Part shown: positions 62,502 to 64,000 of the stretch, one piece after another
Position numbering within the stretch: position 1 is the first letter of the stretch
Layout of the letters: each line of letters opens with the position of its first letter
NCBI GenBank assembly: GCA_041499035.1
Contig: JBGQJK010000002.1
Span: 6,571 to 70,570, forward strand
Source of the DNA: Patescibacteria group bacterium
Lineage (GTDB): Bacteria > Patescibacteriota > Microgenomatia > UBA8517
Direction: 5' to 3'
DNA length: 64,000 nt
Notes under the pieces: generated by a model
What the model was told of the DNA's origin: nothing
Databases searched by the model: none
The model's input: only the letters and a program-made list of their open reading frames with translations
Made by a program: the position numbers and the translations under genes

Positions 62502-63992
62502 TTAAACTTTCTCTGTGACTCTATACTCTATGTATTTCCCTAGCATGAGTCTTGTGTGGGCGTCTATACCGGGGAGGGCGGAGAAAAAGAAACCGGCGAT
62601 TGGCATCAAAACAAACTCAAGCGGAGCCAGAATTTGTTTCCAAACCGAAACTTCTTTAGGGCGGGGTGGTTTTTGGATATTATCAATAACAAGCATGACG
62701 ACCAGGAATACCAGCGAAATAGTAAGAATAAAAGATGACAGCTTAGGAACCGTGTAACCCAAGGCGGTTCTGCCGAATGCGGGGCTAATAAGAGTTGGGA
62801 TAGTTAACCCAATTGTGATAAGGAACCAGTTTACTGGCCAGAGGAAATGCGCCCATATAACTTGAATCAGTCTCATTGTTTTGTCCCAAAAAGGAACATT
62901 CCGGGCCAATAAATAACTTTTTATAATCCATGGGTCATCACTTACTCCCCAAGCCCATCTCTGGATTTGTTGGTATTGGTTTTTTAGAGTTTTCCAGAGT
63001 GACGTGGATTGTGCCGCGTCGGCCAAAAGAGGCAAATAAATAGGCTCTACTTCAAGCCCCCCGCCTACTTTATAAAACGCCTTAAAAAATATACCCCAAT
63101 CCTCCGGAATTTTGTCCGCGTCCCAATAACCCACCTCGTCCAATAGTTTGAAAGAGAGGGAATAGTTTTGGGCATTAATAAGCCGGTCGCGGCGGGGGAG
63201 TTGGGAAAGATTCCAAATTGACATTAATGTATTTGGGACGCGGGTAATTGCCGGAATTTCCCAGATATTGTTATAAAACATAACGGCCGGCTGCCAGAAC
63301 CTTCTGTAACGGTGAGGATTATCTAAGAACTTGAAAGCAAGGTTTGCAAAATGCTTAGGATGGAATTTATGGTCGGCATCGCAGGAAGTTACAGTTACAT
63401 AGTTAATATCAATTTTGTTGAGGTCAATATAATTTTTCTTGATCCAAATGGCTGCAAATCTTTCGTTGCTGGCTTTACCTGTAACCTCTCCCATTTCCAG
63501 TTCATGAACTGTCATATAAAAGTGGCCGAATATGCGACCATATTTTTCGTTCAACACTTTCCATTTTTCCTCCCTCTGTTGCCGGGTTTCTTTACCCTCC
63601 ATAGCAAGAACCGGAATAATTTGCTTAGTTGGGAAGTCCTGTGCAGCCAAAGAATCAAGGGTACGCTCGAGAATATAAATTGGCTCCTGGTAAGTTGGAA
63701 TAATTACAACATGGCGCAGCTTTTCCCAGTCCGGAAACCCTTTAACATCCGGCATCCAGTCATATACTTTAGCTGCTTGGATTTTTAAGTGAGAAATGAT
63801 TGATGAAACAGCAAGCTGGAGTGATTGATAAAACCAGTAAATGTTGAAGAATAAAATGAAATAAGCAACAAAGACCGGAAAAACAAAAATACCCCAGTAG
63901 GGGAGGAGGATCAGGTTCCAGGAGGTAAATCCCGGTAAAATTTCCAGAGCGCGAAGAATTCCCTTGTCGTGTTTGATAATAAAGTCTCTCAT
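62502..63992 (-). CDS. Membrane GT2-family glycosyltransferase
   Basis: IIPTYQE, CDAD, IPEDW, QIQRWAWG. Confidence 0.88.
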   Translation of the reverse strand: MRDFIIKHDKGILRALEILPGFTSWNLILLPYWGIFVFPVFVAYFILFFNIYWFYQSLQLAVSSIISHLKIQAAKVYDWMPDVKGFPDWEKLRHVVIIPTYQEPIYILERTLDSLAAQDFPTKQIIPVLAMEGKETRQQREEKWKVLNEKYGRIFGHFYMTVHELEMGEVTGKASNERFAAIWIKKNYIDLNKIDINYVTVTSCDADHKFHPKHFANLAFKFLDNPHRYRRFWQPAVMFYNNIWEIPAITRVPNTLMSIWNLSQLPRRDRLINAQNYSLSFKLLDEVGYWDADKIPEDWGIFFKAFYKVGGGLEVEPIYLPLLADAAQSTSLWKTLKNQYQQIQRWAWGVSDDPWIIKSYLLARNVPFWDKTMRLIQVIWAHFLWPVNWFLITIGLTIPTLISPAFGRTALGYTVPKLSSFILTISLVFLVVMLVIDNIQKPPRPKEVSVWKQILAPLEFVLMPIAGFFFSALPGIDAHTRLMLGKYIEYRVTEKV

Positions 63993-64000
63993 GTTGTTTT

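Noticed and set aside
1-64000. CRISPR array, rRNA, transposase, integrase or prophage
   Set aside because: No regularly spaced repeat-spacer run, rRNA signature, or DDE/tyrosine/serine recombinase or phage structural motif was recognised by eye
1-64000. Alternative genetic code (UGA = Gly)
   Set aside because: Conserved genes such as rpmH, rnpA and dnaA end at TGA at their expected lengths

Overview
Origin-proximal chromosomal segment of a reduced-genome bacterium. Gene content and style (compact intergenics, almost no Shine-Dalgarno sites, DUF4012/VanW/PEGA surface proteins, VirB2-like pilin array) point to Patescibacteria/CPR, most likely Microgenomates (inference); the standard genetic code is used. 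From left to right: 5' end of dnaG; four Nudix genes and an EEP hydrolase interleaved with tRNAs (all four Ser isoacceptors, Arg-CCG, Arg-GCG, plus a broken Arg-GCG relic); comF, smpB and tmRNA; then an ~18.5 kb non-conjugative T4SS-like locus (SpoIID-like hydrolase, eight tandem VirB2/TrbC-like pilins, a Cys-rich lysozyme-like protein, VirB6-like, PrgI, split VirB4, CHAP/NlpC-tipped membrane protein, Ig-like protein) that abuts dnaN. Next come oriC (DnaA boxes plus DnaA-trios), dnaA, rpmH-rnpA-yidD-yidC-jag, rnhA, rplY, valS, tsaD and a tsaC-tsaE fusion, CIRCE-groESL, tRNA-Cys and cell-surface glycosylation genes. Most notable: the pilin-array secretion system at the origin; tiny palindromic elements (one TA-flanked family inside a tRNA relic and before prgI, others in-frame in rplY, groEL and a glycosyltransferase); a CDS whose stop codon lies inside a tRNA; pervasive leaderless promoters; and a candidate structured ncRNA upstream of groES. 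No CRISPR array, rRNA, transposase, integrase or relaxase was seen. All family calls come from motifs read by eye; no searches were run.
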